The position numbers were made by a program, and so were the translations under genes. From contig JAUCBJ010003670.1 of NCBI GenBank assembly GCA_032718475.1, positions 6,226 to 70,225 of the forward strand: a stretch of 64,000 nucleotides of DNA. Reading direction: 5' to 3'. Positions 1 through 13,440 of the stretch are shown piece by piece. A model generated the notes under the pieces. The model did no database searches. It was not told the DNA's origin and saw nothing but the letters and a program-made list of their open reading frames with translations. The DNA comes from Nemertoderma westbladi (Eukaryota > Animalia > Xenacoelomorpha). Within the stretch, counting starts at the first letter, position 1. Every line of letters begins with the position of its first letter.

Positions 1-2169
1 ACAGACTAGAATTAATTACAGAATACCGGTATGATTTCAGCCTAAATTTATAGAAATAAATATAATAAGCCTATCGTGAATACCGGTATGTCAATTATTT
101 TGGAATAATTGAATTTCTGAAATTTAAGGGTTACTTGGTTACTTTAACTTACTTTATTACCGTTATTTAAGCAGTAGTCCAACTGATATTTAGACCTAAT
201 TGATGTATGGCAGGCCTACTATTTATAAATCGTTTGAGTTGATTTATAATATATATATACCCGTTAAAATGGGTTTTTGTCAATATTTGAAATAAATGTT
301 ATTATTTCTGGGGGGAGTCACTACACAGAAGCTGTGCGCTCTCAGTGGAGTGCTACTTGTTGGACACTAAAACAAATAATTCTAATTTACCTAAGTTACT
401 TAATACTACAAATTACGTACAATTCGGGGTGAGATTACAATCTCTAAATAAACACAAAAATTTACAAGTACGAATTTTTAGGGTAATTTTACAAGAAGTC
501 TACTAACCAGCCTAACAAAGGGTTAGAATATCTGGTTATTACAACGGACAGGTTACTACGGTATTTGAAAATAATAAGTAGTAGTAAATATACTGCGTTG
601 TCCAGATAGGAAAATCCACCGTCTGACGACTTATAGCCGTGGCACTATAAGTACTACGTTATGTATCACGGAGTGTTCCTACCTAGAAGTTAATTACCGC
701 GGTCTACCAGAACCAACGTGCCAACCAACTGCCTACACACTAATCACCTTCGGAAAGCACTGTACACTAAACCCTAAATTAGGTACTAGTACTTATACAA
801 CAAATAATCAGTAGTTAAAAATACTTGAACAGCTAAAAGAACCACGGTATCTGCCGGAGTGACCAAAGCATAAAGTCTCCAGACCTTTAGCAGTTTAACC
901 TGCCAAATTGGGATGTCTTCTAGATAATAGATCGTCTTTAGCCTATGACAAGTATTTGATACACTACATTAGCCGAAACCAGTCTATGCGCGATCATTCA
1001 CCCGCTGGATATACCCGGGAGACTGGATTCGGAAGCCTAACCGTATTGCGGGGTAGGCCTACTGTATTATTCGACTGATCGTAATATATATATAATCTCT
1101 GACAAATATTATTCACTTTCGGGAAATATTAACAGTTCCTTTAGGACGTGGCGCTTTAAATATATAAACAGAGTTATGACTTAAACTAGACACAACGGGA
1201 TGGCTATAGATTCACGTATATGGCGCATTCTTTAGGAGATGCTTTGTTATCAATCACAATCATACACAATACTGCACAATGCTGCACACTAATCTGCCGA
1301 CCTTCACTAATTTTAGTCACATATAAGGAGAACAACAGACAATACGTGTAGGGCCTATAAAATAGCATTAGATTCACTTCAAACCACTTAATGTAAGTCG
1401 CAATCGTTATATGTAACCGGTCTCTCTAACCTTTAGTATATCAAGAAGATTGGGGTGTCTGATTATTTATCAGTATTCCAAATATAATATTCCATCAACA
1501 AATATAATGAATAACCGACAGTAAATAGCAGTACAAAGTTTAAGGTGTGAATGGTTATGAATGCAGAATTGGTATGAGATATGATATGTTATGTGAGATA
1601 ACAGATATACGTTCTATAATTAAGCCTACTAATGTTGAGCTAAAGACTGAAACACGGAGGTTCCAAAGCCGGTGTTGTAGGCTGTGGACAAAATCACATA
1701 CTGACTCAACTCCACGAGTTTCTATATACAATCTCCAACACAGAGGCAAAAAACGCTCTGATTGGTCGACCGAACAAAGAAGGAACAGAGAACAAAGAAA
1801 AGCTACACGTGTACAGCATCAGCTGTTAGCCGTCGTCATGGCAGCTACACTGTTTCAAGAGGATCCGGCGTATTGCGTCATAGAATTGCTAATTATGTCC
1901 GCTAAAGTACACATACAGAAGAAATGGCTTTTATGTCCTCTAAAACACTAGTACAGTAAGGACACGGCCTTTTATGCCTGTTAAACCAACTACAGAGTAC
2001 TTTACGGGGAAAATAACCGGCTAATTCCGCAAAAGCCTTTACAAGTCCATAGCTTTCCAGTTCGCTTCTTGAACTGGATTCCAGCCGAAAACAATCCATT
2101 TCCAGAGATAAAATCCTGTAGATGGACGGAATTTCGGTTATAACTATCGCTCTAGACCCAGGGCGATGT

Positions 2170-3380
2170 AGGTGATTGAGGCAGACTTGCATTAAAGTCT
2201 CCCAGGAATGTTAAGAATACATGCTGGTCCACTCCATCGGTAGCTGCTTGTAGATTGTGGTAGAAATTTTCCACCTCCCTACAGGGGCAACACTAGTTGA
2301 AAAGTAGCACACAATCAGAACCACCTTAGGAAACTTCTTAGCCAGTCTTCCGGAACATGAGAAGTAGCAATGGATGATGCGGTTAGAGATTTTGTCTATT
2401 TTATCCAATGCTGCATGTGTAGTTGGATTCATCAATAGACCAATTCCACCATTGCCACTATCATCTGCTGATGCGAGGGCGAATCGCCAACCGCCCCCCA
2501 TGTCCTAAATCAGATCCTCATCAGTCTGTCCAGTCTACATTCGGTGCTCTTGAAAACCCACTGCGCTAAGAGAAAGCTTATCTGCCAAGGCAGTCTATCT
2601 GCTCACCTTGTCGCATTGGAGACCCGAGTGTTAGGGTGTTAACTGAGGCTAGTCTAGTGACTTGCCTCAGATTCACCAATGGCTTGGTTGGTTGGGGTAG
2701 AACATGAGAGTAGCCTCCAACTCCAGAATCCCTCTCCCTCTCACAATCTGGCTTCCCTGGTGACCCAGGGTTTGGGCCAGAAAGGTCATCAGGAAAGGGA
2801 CTCACATAATTGTTGGCCGCTCTCTCTCCAGTAGGGGGTGAGACAGGCAGCCGGTCAGGAGATAACTGACGCCTGTGAGGCCGATTGTATCCGTTAATTC
2901 CACTAGCCTCAAGTGGCCGGACCTCCGCATTACTAATGTAATCCATAGTGGGGGTTGGGGCGTGCTTTTTTGCCGTGTCAGCTCTCGGGTCAAATACCAC
3001 ACCCTGGTTTGCCATTCCACAGGGTGGGTGTCGCAATGGAGTCAGATATGAGGCCCATCACCCATATCTACTCTGGCGTATATGACCCACCATTGGCTAT
3101 GCAACTCATTTGCTGGGCCATGCCCTGTACCCTTGCTGCCAGATGCAGGTCGCAGTGAAGTGCACTCAGAGTGGACATGAGAACACTCTACTCCTGACCA
3201 GCCATTGATCACGACCAAGATCACGATCTGCCTGGACAGGTCATATACCCCTGCAGCTAAGTATATGGGTCCTTAATCCAGGGCCAAGGGCGTCCTTATC
3301 CCAGAACGAAGGTGTCCTAGTTACACGACCAGATTTGCCCTAGTAAGAGGGTCTATGCAGCCACAGGTGGCACCTCCTTT
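2170..3380 (-). mobile_element. RTE-type non-LTR retrotransposon 5' fragment (5'UTR plus degenerate APE endonuclease)
   Basis: Minus-strand frames give RLASVNTLTL...VGFQEHR, GNGGIGLLM...ISNRII...VLIVCY and FLGDFNA (~2187-2207), which are APE endonuclease motifs. Frameshifted and truncated; ends approximate. Confidence 0.8.
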
Positions 3381-3650
3381 ATGCTGCATGGGGGGCAATT
3401 TTCTTGATTAATGATCTAGAATTCCTGACATGACCCCTTGTTGGATTACCTAACCATTGACAACCAAAATATAGCCAAGAAATTATTCTCTGAAAAAAGA
3501 TCACCACACAATTCCACAAGTTTAACACTCCTCTAGATAAAATTACATTTGTCACGTAAAAATTCGTTCCACCCAGGAACAGTAAATGGAACGTTGTATC
3601 AAATTGTAAATTTAGACCTAGATTTATATATTTAATTATTATATTTCCAG

Positions 3651-5531
3651 GTTTCTGCATTCAGTTTATGTGTGATTACCACAGATCGGTTGCTTCTTAT
3701 TGTTTACCCGATAATGTATCAAAGGAAAATGAAGACTAAATTTACTTTTATTTTTATTTTCATTGCGATTTTTCTTGGCGTTGCTGTTCAAATTCCTGCT
3801 TGGGATTATGTCGGGTTGGTTACTTTGCAGTACTACATTCATAATGGCATCTCATACAATAATATTCCATTATTGTCGAATGTTATTATTACTAAAGAAT
3901 GACAATTCATGTTCATGTTCATGTCATGTATTCCACAGACCAGTTTTATTGGCCCAGTTGTGGTAAAAAGCCCCTTAACTTTAAGGAGAAATTTATTTAA
4001 AAATTATGAAAGAATGATTCTGGAATTTCAATTATTGTAACGGAAGTTTCGTTCAGTTATTCAATAAGTTTTGGTTTTAATATTGAAATGAAGTGCTGCT
4101 AACTTAATGTTAAGAGAACTTTGAACAACAATCTGTCCCAATACGATTATTTCTTCTAGCTTTGATGATGATTATAAATGCATAAGATATAGAATGCCTT
4201 GGCTCCCGCTATATTTTGTTATAATACGGCCATTTCCACAAGTTATTTACATGGGAATTTGTTATGCAGCAATATATCTTAAACTTATTGCTTCTGGGAA
4301 GGCATCTTCAATAAAAGGTATGTTTATGGTAAGAACGTGTTCACTGGTTTCTGATAAAAATTCATCGCCTTATGTAATGTATCAGTTCTTATATGAATGT
4401 GATAATGTGAATATAGGTAAAGAACATATCAGGCAGCAGATTGGATACTTTTTACCACAGACACTCTGCATAGTGTGCAATCTCAAATAATTTTTTTATA
4501 ATACTCTTCCTTCGGGGCATTGCTGCATATTGTACAGGAATTTTATTAATTACAGGAGATAAAAGGTCTACAAATATTATTCGCACAGCTTTGATTTGTT
4601 CAATTTTCTTTGGTATTTGTTGGATTCCAAATTCGATTACCCAAATTCAAAGATTTGTCACAGGATACGTGGTAAGTGACCATCACTATTAAAGCAAGTA
4701 CAGATAGTGTAGACAGGACTTTATACTTTATTATTATATATTATTTTTTATAATATTTTTTATTTTATTATTTTGCATATTATTATTCTATTAGATTTTT
4801 TTAAACCGTTAAAATCGACAAAAAAATATGTGAGCAGAAAAGTATAGGACATTTCATATTTTGCTATATTTTTCGTATTTTTTTCCTGGAATCACCCAAA
4901 ATACCCAAAATACAAAATACGTAAAAAATCACAACTCTCCGCAGCAAGTCAAGTTTACTGGATATTATCACATCATTATTATTATAATCAACATTATTAT
5001 AGCATCAGTTGGGGTGGCACCCAATTGTGTACAGACTTTTGAACTGGGTTGACAGATTGTGTCATAGGTGCGTGTAGCAAGAGTTGTATTATAGTGTGGG
5101 CTGATCATTCAGATTAGGATTTCGAATGGAACTGTGTCATCATCACATGTAGACACAAATATGCTGAACATACGTGATCGTGAGACGGAATAGAAGGCCT
5201 TAATAAAGTCAACAGAGATAACAGCGATTCATCGAAGCGATTCATACATTGATGTTATTTATTTGTAACACAACTAAATTTCTATATATTCTAGGCGTAT
5301 TGATAATATAACTGAACTACTAAAGATATCTTTAGTAGGTCATCATCAGCAGTTTAAATGCTGTCTTGTTTATTACTAATGCAATTGTTTCAGCATCCTA
5401 CGGGGACTCCTATACATGTGTTCGTTCGCATCATGGTTCTCATCAACATATTCTGCAACCCAATTATCTATTCCGCTCAGCTTAAAAGTTTCCAGAATCG
5501 TGCTAAAAAGATGTTTAGCAGAATCAATTAG
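3651..5531 (+). CDS. Class A (rhodopsin-like) GPCR, 3' four exons (TM3-TM7): 3651-3814, 4160-4317, 4556-4671, 5394-5531
   Basis: GT-AG introns with matching phases splice to VSAFSLCVITTDRLLLIVYP (DRY-like)...GFDDDYKCIRYR (ECL2 Cys)...ICYAAIYLKL...FGICWIPNS (CWxP)...FCNPIIYS (NPxxY)...SRIN*. TM1-2 exons were not found in the window. Confidence 0.88.
5115..5228 (-). mobile_element. Degenerate RTE reverse transcriptase fragment in a GPCR intron
   Basis: Reads AVISVDFIKAFYSVSRSRMFSI/FVSTCDDDTVPFEIL, similar to the RT at 17470-17650 with an internal deletion. Confidence 0.7.
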
Positions 5532-6128
5532 ATAAATGGCACCTCATCATATAAAGAAGGTGTAATGAATATATGACGATAATAAACATATATGAAGGAA
5601 AATATTTATTATTTATGGTGATATATATTTCGGTACTTTTGCGAACAATTACATATATTTAAAGGAAATTATTTATTATTTATTGTGATATATATTTCAG
5701 TATTTTTGCCACATAATTAAAAATATATATGAAGAAAAATATTTAATATTTATGGTGATATATATTTCAGTATTTCTGAGACCTAATTACATATATATGA
5801 ATAAAGGTATTTATTATTTATTGTGATAAATATATTGCATTGTTTGAGAAAACTTATTACATATATTTCAGAAAAAGGATTTAGTATTTTTGTTGAAACA
5901 TGAAACCTGAGTAGCTTTGCGTAACAACCATCAATTCTTTGTTAAAGTGATTTCGTGAGTGTCCAGGTCTCACCCCCGCATAAAAGGCCACTGTGGTTCG
6001 AAAGAAATTTGTCTTCATGTGACGGGAGAGATCTGATTTCCAGATGGTATCTATTTTTGATAGAGCTACCCATGACTTTGCTTTACTAATACCTTCTATG
6101 TCTTTCTATGGTCTCTCTATGAATGATC

Positions 6129-6626
6129 CGTACTGGTACTGTACCGGACCGGTACTGGTACTGTACCGGACCGGTACTGTGCCGGACCGGTACTGGTACT
6201 GTGCCGCACCGGTACTGTTCCGGACCGGTACTGGTACTGTACCGGACCGGTACTGTGCCGGACCGGTACTGGTACTGTGCCGGACCGGTACTGTGCCGGA
6301 CCGGTACTGTGCCGGACCGGTACTGGTACTGTACCGGACCGGTACTGGTTCTGTACCGGACCGGTACTGGTTCTGTACCGGACCGGTACTGGTACTGTAC
6401 CGGACCGGTACTGGTTCTGTACCGGACCGGTACTGGTACTGTACCGGACCGGTACTGGTACTGTCCCGGACCGGTACTGGTTCTGTAACCGACCGGTACT
6501 GGTACTGTACCGGACCGGTACTGGTACTGTACCGGACCGGTACTGGTACTGTACCGGACCGGTACTGGTACTGTACCGGACCGGTACTTGTACTGTACCG
6601 GACCGGTACTGGTACTGTACCGGACC
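6129..6626. repeat. 22-bp quasi-palindromic minisatellite (GTACTGGTACTGTACCGGACCG)n
   Basis: More than 20 tandem units, including 16-bp variants, read directly. It explains the five overlapping repetitive ORFs. Confidence 0.95.
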
Positions 6627-9004
6627 ATTATTGGAAGGCAGCAAGGCAGGGCGATATCATCGGCTAAGTCGGTGTCTGTGATTGTATGAGCGGGATATCT
6701 GCTACTTCTACCTTTGGAATGCAGCAAGGCCGGGCGATATCTGGTGACAATACCTGAGCTTCTGTGTCACATACTGTAGTAATCCAATAACAGTAAATAT
6801 TACTTCTGGTATTCCATAGGATTTCCAGCATTTCACCTATAAGGATGGAGTCGAATGCTTGTTAGAACTGCATGAAGGTTCTTTGATTTAATTCCCCAAC
6901 CTTCTTCTTCATCGCGATGGTAATATTGTAGTATTATTGTTGACCTTGTTGACCTGTTGTATTATCTATTTGAACGAAATCCATTTTGGCTCTTGTGTAG
7001 TAGTTTCTCTATGCGATGCCCAATTCTATATATTGTGGAATCATTTTGTTGAATATAGAAGAAATAAAACAACATAAAAGAAGTCGCACTTTAATAGAAA
7101 GTAAATATCGCATAATCGAATCAATAATAATTAAAAGTTTAGAGCTTCAATCTCTGAAAATCTGATGCTAGAAGTAGGTACAAACAGCTCTTTATAAACC
7201 AACTTGTATTTCATATAACAGAAGATAGAGGGAATCAATTCAGACTTGAAAATTCGACAGAATCAATTTTGGAATTTTGTATCTACGCCAGCACATAAAC
7301 TAATCATTGTTCACTCACATACTACAGTAGCGTTAGATCAGCATTAATAATGTACCACCCAACAGAGAGGAAACAACTCTCACCAACGAGAAACGGGTGA
7401 TCGAAAGTGCTACGCGTTTCTAGTACCGGTAATTACTTTCTTAGTCTCATTAACTCATTGCTTGCCACCACAGTGAAGTACATGGTTTCTGTAAATTATT
7501 CTCGGTCCATGTAACCGAAAAAAAACTTTGATGCCAAAGGAATAATATTATGTTTCTGATGGTTTCTGATTATTGGACCATGTAACCCATGGTGTGCAGA
7601 ATTGCATGAAGCCATTATATGTGAAGCCAACTGCATTTATAAAATTATTATAACGAAACTGCGTCTCTAGAGGTAGGAAGTTCTTGTATGAATGACTAAA
7701 AAAAATGTAATTATTGTTCTTCTTATTGTGGTGATTTATCCAGTGCCTCCGGATTAACCTTAAGGCATATAAGGCACGAGCCTTAGGGCCAGCCGAAAAT
7801 ACGGGCCATTTTTTCTCAACGAGTCATTCCTGTGAAAAAAAAATATTTTTATTTGAAAAGTCCACATTTTTTCTCACTAAAATTTTTAGAAAACAGAGCA
7901 AAAAAGTGCATGTTTCGACTACTTTCTATCCCTAAATTTGTGATAGAAAGTGCGAAATTCTAGCTCCGTCGACCAAAAGTGCTTATTTCCGGGACTGTTC
8001 TCTTATTGAAGATCATTACTTTCTCAGCAAGTTCAAATAATCTAGATCAGAAATATTATATCTTTGCACTAAGCCCACACTTTTGGTGTGTTATATTTCT
8101 CAGCAAGTCCTGTAAAGATAAGTACCCTGCGAAACCTACACTACAGCAAATAAATACCACATTCCCACGATCCGATCAAAATTGCTAAATGCCTAGAAGG
8201 GCCAGTCAGTCTTAAGGGGACCAACTATAACCTCCGCAGAAATGAAATTTTCGAAAATTTACACAATTATTTTGTAGTTTGACAGAAGTGCTTTCATAAA
8301 AGGTGATATCGGTTTTCAACATTGAATTATTTTTTGATTTCAAAACTGCTCTTTTCAATAACATAATATATTGCTGATATTTATGACTCTCTGTATAAAA
8401 CAACCTTTATATCAGTTTGTCGATTTTGACTTTTTTTCATCACTAAATTATTCCCTAACTTCTATTTTATTTTTTACTCAATTGCCATCAAACATACCAA
8501 AAAATTCAGCAGCTTTACGGCTACACACCTGAGTATTGGTTTTGTAAAACATGTCCATTTGGATCTTCTAGAACCGATTTTCCAAATGCTACAGTTTGTC
8601 TATCACAAAATATTTGATTCCCAAAATATAGCCCGGACATACTAAAACCCCCATAAATTTTTCAAAAACAATAATTTTGTGCTAAAATTTTCATAGAAGA
8701 TAGCCTACATATCTAGGTCCATTTTACCAAAGTCTTGGACCAAGAAATTCAATGCAGGTGGTATTACAGATCTTTAAACATGAGCTAATTTACATATAAA
8801 TGCCTCAAAATTTATACAATTTTTGAAAAAAAAACCAACCTGCTCAAAAAGTGCCATATTTTTCGAACAAACGGTTTATGAAGTTATCTATCTATACTCA
8901 TTACTCAGTTTTCATAGTGTATAAATGATCACAGATCATTGTGTTAAAGTTTCAGAATAGTAGCTTTATAAATAAAACAAATAGATTTGGGATAATGATC
9001 CCAT

Positions 9005-9455
9005 GTGTATTCTGTGATCTGTGTATTCTATTATATCTGTGTATTCTATTATATCTGTGTATTCTATTCTATCTGTGTATTCTATTCTATCTGTGTATTC
9101 TATTGTATCTGTGTATTCTATTTTCTATCTGTGTTTGCAATCTGCAAACAAATCAAATCTGCAAATCTGTGTTTTCTATCTGTGTTATATTAGATGTAAT
9201 GTACACTTTACAAACTCTATTCATTCAGCCGTCACTACTAGAAATATGCAACTCTTGGGTGTTTTATATTAACTTTAATTCCTTTTATAATAATTTAATA
9301 GAATTTTATGAGTTGGTTGGCAACAGTGGTATGCCTATACAATATCTATATTGCGTAGCTAATCATACATAAACAAATTGTTCCAGAATATTGTGTTTAT
9401 TCTATCTGTGTATTCTATTTATCTGTATATTCTATTCTGTCTGTGTATTCTGTCT
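9005..9455. repeat. 18-bp tandem repeat (TCTGTGTATTCTATT(A/C)TA)n in two blocks
   Basis: Units visible at 9018-9135 and 9395-9455. Confidence 0.85.
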
Positions 9456-9532
9456 AGTTGTATTGACATTGGATTCAATATCTAATAATTATTCATTTGT
9501 ATCAGTCAATCTCTATGATCTACAATAAAAAA

Positions 9533-9627
9533 AAAGCAAACAGTCGGCCGAAGCCGGAGGCGACCCCAAGGCTCCTCTTTCGATAGCTGCTACCCGAGGG
9601 TAGGGGTGGGCGCTACTCCTATCCCAA
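9533..9627 (-). mobile_element. 5'-truncated copy of the tRNA-derived SINE
   Basis: Near-identical to the 3' portion of the SINE copies at 17157 and 46225. Confidence 0.9.
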
Positions 9628-11070
9628 ATGGATAAGACAAATAACAATATAATAATGACTGTAAACTTGCCTTATAGTCTACAATTATGCTTTTACTAGT
9701 ACCTAGATTTACTAGTTTCCTAAAATTTAATGGGCTATCCAACATCGCAAACGTCATTGATATAGCTATGTTAATTTTCGTGCTGTGGTCTCTTTCTGAC
9801 ACCCATCTCCAGTATTTTTCGTGCTAAAATTTTCAAAAATTTTTATGGCTAACTAAAATAAATTATTTGCGGTATATCGCGTTTTTTGGATGTTGATGAC
9901 GATTGTAGAACTGAAATATAACATTCGAGAATTTTTTTTGTAAAAAAGCGCCTCCTGGGGCACGAAAAAAACAAGTAGAGCAAACATGATAATGAAAATT
10001 CAGCAAAAAAAATCAAGTCAATTTTATGACCTTTATTGAATTTTTTTATTTGTTTTTTTTTTGGATGCTGATCACGAATATGACACTGAAATACATCGTA
10101 CCTTGTTGATTACGGCATTTTTAGACATGTGTCAATGTGCGGCACGAAAAATATAAATCTAGAACAAATTTGTTAATCAAAAATCATTACTAAATCAACC
10201 CTATTTCATGACATTAGGGATTTTCTGGGACGCTGATCACGAATATGAGACGCAAAGATATCATATTTTCCAACCAAATTTAATTTTTGGTACTTGTAAG
10301 TTTTATGCTACAATTACGCTCTATCTCACATTACACTATGTAGATCGAAGTTTCAGTTAATGCTGTTCAAAGAATTATATGACTATAATAGCTTACCTAT
10401 TAATATCATTTCACCGGATTTCCACCAATCAGGAATCAAATAACAGGCCTCCTATGTATTTTGAGTTTTTCTCAAAACTATGTAAATATGAGATAGGCGG
10501 TTTTGGCATTTAAGGGCCGGACAATTAAAGCGTGTAAGGGCAAACTGAAATCTGTTTTTTACAACCCGTTTAACGCAAACTGAAGGCATCACTCATTGAT
10601 ATTTTGGGAATGACGGTTTTCGTATATCTATTAGAGATTAGTACACTTTCTTATATAGTCTCTCGTGCTGCGCGAAGGCCTCGCAACGTGTAATACATGC
10701 TGAACTGGGGGATCTGGAAAGTGTATATGATGAATTATAATGTAAACTTTATTATTCAACTAACTAAAATGTAAAAAATATTCAAAGGAAACAACAACCG
10801 CATAGAATAACATATATGTGATACCTTCGGCACTAGAGCATTGGGCCTTGTCGCATCCGATATGAGGCGCGCATACTTCCTTTGTGTGGTAAAGTTTTAA
10901 TTACCTTCTACTAAAATAATCCCTAGAATATATTTTAATTAAACATCCGGTGAGACATCTACACACGGCAAGCCATTAAGGCTATATAAATAAGTGCCCT
11001 TATGTCACCTGTGGGACTTTGTGCTGCGAATGTCTGCAGACCAACATAATACAGATGGGGTGGAAGCAGC

Positions 11071-12190
11071 CGGTGTCGTCGCGTTACGGCTAATTTTTTG
11101 GGAGATTAGCCGTAACGCGACTTTCAAAGTCGCTTTACGGCTACTCTAAAAGTCGCGTTACGGCTAATCTATTGTCTTGGTTTTACATAGGAAATCATTA
11201 TCAATATTATTCTATGGTGTTTACGTACAGATGATGTCCGAAAAATGTAATGTAATAATGTTTTACAGCATGGGAGTATCCGGGGGTGGGGGGATTTTAC
11301 CATCTTTCATAGACTCGACAACCTCACATTCAATATAATATTGTATTCTATGGTATTCTTAGTCACAGCCTCAAGCACAGGTACCGAATACAGCCAATAA
11401 TAGCAGCCGAAGAAGCAATCAATGAATGGTTTTGTGGAACATATTCCACTACTTCATATCGATGTTGTTCCAACACCTGGCTCGCTACCTAGACCATATG
11501 GCGTTCTGTTTGGCGACTGACAAGCAGGCAATGGCCGTCCTTCCAGCCGCCAATCACCCAGTTGAAGGTCCAGCTGCATTGGGTGGGAGGGGGTGGTGAT
11601 CCCGACTGGAATGTTGGTGTATGGAACCACACCTCCGCGGCCAAACCATTTCTTCCCAACCCACCCCCGAACCATTCCTTCGCGGCCGAACCATTCCAAC
11701 CCACCCCACCACCGAATCAAATGCCATACGCGGGCCATCACTGGTTAGTTTTAGATACTTTTCATTTGATTATTATAATGATAAATAATTCAAAGTGCAA
11801 TATTTCGGCAATATACTGATAAACACTCGACTCGACCAATATACTTATGCTACTGTGTACTGCGGTACTCAATACAACAATAATAATACTATAATTAATA
11901 AATTAAGTTTTTTTAGTTAAATCCCCCCCCCCCCCTGGACACTCCCATGCTGTAAAACATTATTACATTACATTTTTCGAACCTTTCTCATCTGTACGTA
12001 AACACCATAGAATAATATTCATAATGATTCCCTATGTAAAACCAAGACAATAGATTAGCCGTAACGCGACAATTAGCCTTAATGCGACTTTTTGAGTAGC
12101 CGTACCGCGACTTTCAAAGTCGGGGTACGGCTACTCAGAAAATTAGCCGCAACGTGACTTTCCGTAACGCGACATTAGCCGTACCGCCAC
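11071..12190. mobile_element. Foldback/MITE with long TIRs and GTCGCGTTACGGCTA subterminal repeats
   Basis: 11150-11300 is the reverse complement of 11920-12071. Repeated TAGCCGTAACGCGAC motifs at both ends. Outer ends approximate. Confidence 0.75.
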
Positions 12191-12922
12191 TGCGCCGATC
12201 ATTGTGTTAAAGTTTCAGAATAGTAACTTTATAAATAAAATAAATAGATTTGTGATAATGGTCCCTTTAATATATTAAAAATTATAGCTTGAGAAATTCT
12301 ATCAAAACCATTACACTTTTTATAGCAAATGTTTTATAGGCATAGCATAATATTCCGTTTAGTAATGTTACAATTGTTGATGAAAACTATTTTTGCAAAG
12401 TACTTATTATTAAAGTACTTAGTACTTATTTCAGTATTTTCACGCAGTCATCCAACGAAAATACTTTATATTTCCTTCGCAACATTTTCACAATTTCAGT
12501 TGTTTTTAGCAGCGTTTTCTTTTGAAAGGGTTTGCGGAAAAATATCAATTTTCGGACCATTTTAGGAAATTACTACAATGTGCCTTAGGGCCACCAGAGG
12601 CTTAATCCGGCACTGGATTTATCTCTCGACAAGCTAAAGCTACTAGCTCTATCAATGGATGGTTTAAAGGTCAAACACATCTCTTCAAATCATCATTTAT
12701 TAGTAGAGTAGCACTTACTGTAAACCTCTGTCTGTAGAAAGGAATTAATTATTAAACTGAATACTTAATATCAAGCAGCGTTATGATATACCTCTCACAA
12801 GTCCCATTAATTAATTTATTACTGTAAAGAGAACTATAGAAAGTCACTGCGGCTTGAACTCAAAGGTCGAACACATCTCTTCGAAATGATAAAAACAACA
12901 GCTGGTTACTAGCTGTCTGTTT

Positions 12923-13274
12923 AAATATATAATGTAATAAATAGGACAATATCATAATGCTCTCCATAGCGAAAAATATCAACCGACCCTATTGGGGCGT
13001 TGTACTTACTACGTTGTACTTTCCTTTGAGTGATTAGTTGGCCTAACTAAATATGATATCCCACTCCATAGCGAAATCTTCATCCGATCTGGTAGCTCAG
13101 TACACACACCCGACTGATGATAACCGGAAGTTTGAAACCCAGGTACCGGGTTCGAGCCCCAAAAGGGTCGGTTGATATTTTTCGGTATGGAGAGCATTAT
13201 CACATTGTCCTATTTATTACATTATACATTTAAATTCACCGTCACTCACCCCACAACAATTCATTTAGTATTAT
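12923..13274. mobile_element. Short retroposed element with a tRNA-like core and inverted arms
   Basis: 13-bp flanking direct repeat TAGCTGTCTGTTT (12910-12922, 13275-13287). ~78-bp inverted arms at 12920-12998 and 13156-13234. A-box-like TGGTAGCTCAGT and B-box GGTTCGAGCCC inside. Confidence 0.6.
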
Positions 13275-13440
13275 TAGCTGTCTGTTTGGCATTAGTTTAC
13301 TACTAGGATCGGCATGCTGCATTGCAGCTGCATTTTTAAGAATGCTGTGCCGGCTTGTCGACAAAATTGCGCCGCCACAACTCCCTATCACCCATGACAT
13401 TTGCTAGATCATCCATATCTTCAAAGCCTATGTCCTTTAT

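Larger units (their letters stand above)
8216..12266. mobile_element. Non-autonomous Kolobok-like element (TTAA TSD) inside the hAT element
   Basis: TTAA|GGGGACCA at 8212-8223 and TGGTCCCT|TTAA at 12259-12270. The 3' ~70 bp occurs twice (8934-9002 and 12197-12265). Confidence 0.6.
7741..12615. mobile_element. Non-autonomous hAT-like DNA transposon with nested insertions
   Basis: Termini CAGTGCC(TC)CGGATTAA / TTAATCCGGCACTG. Perfect 8-bp TSD GATTTATC at 7733-7740 and 12616-12623. Confidence 0.85.

Noticed and set aside
1-2170. ORFs 1547-1951 and 1902-2192 and surrounding sequence
   Set aside because: I could recognise no motifs, termini or splice-consistent exons, so the region is left unassigned.
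3290-3395. HDV-like ribozyme in the RTE 5' UTR
   Set aside because: Some pairings exist (ATGCAG/CTGCAT, GGAGGTG/CACCTTC), but L3 and J4/2 do not fit the HDV consensus by eye. An RNAMotif or Infernal test is needed.
6044-6727. Five overlapping ORFs of 121-213 aa
   Set aside because: They are translations of a 22-bp minisatellite, not genes.
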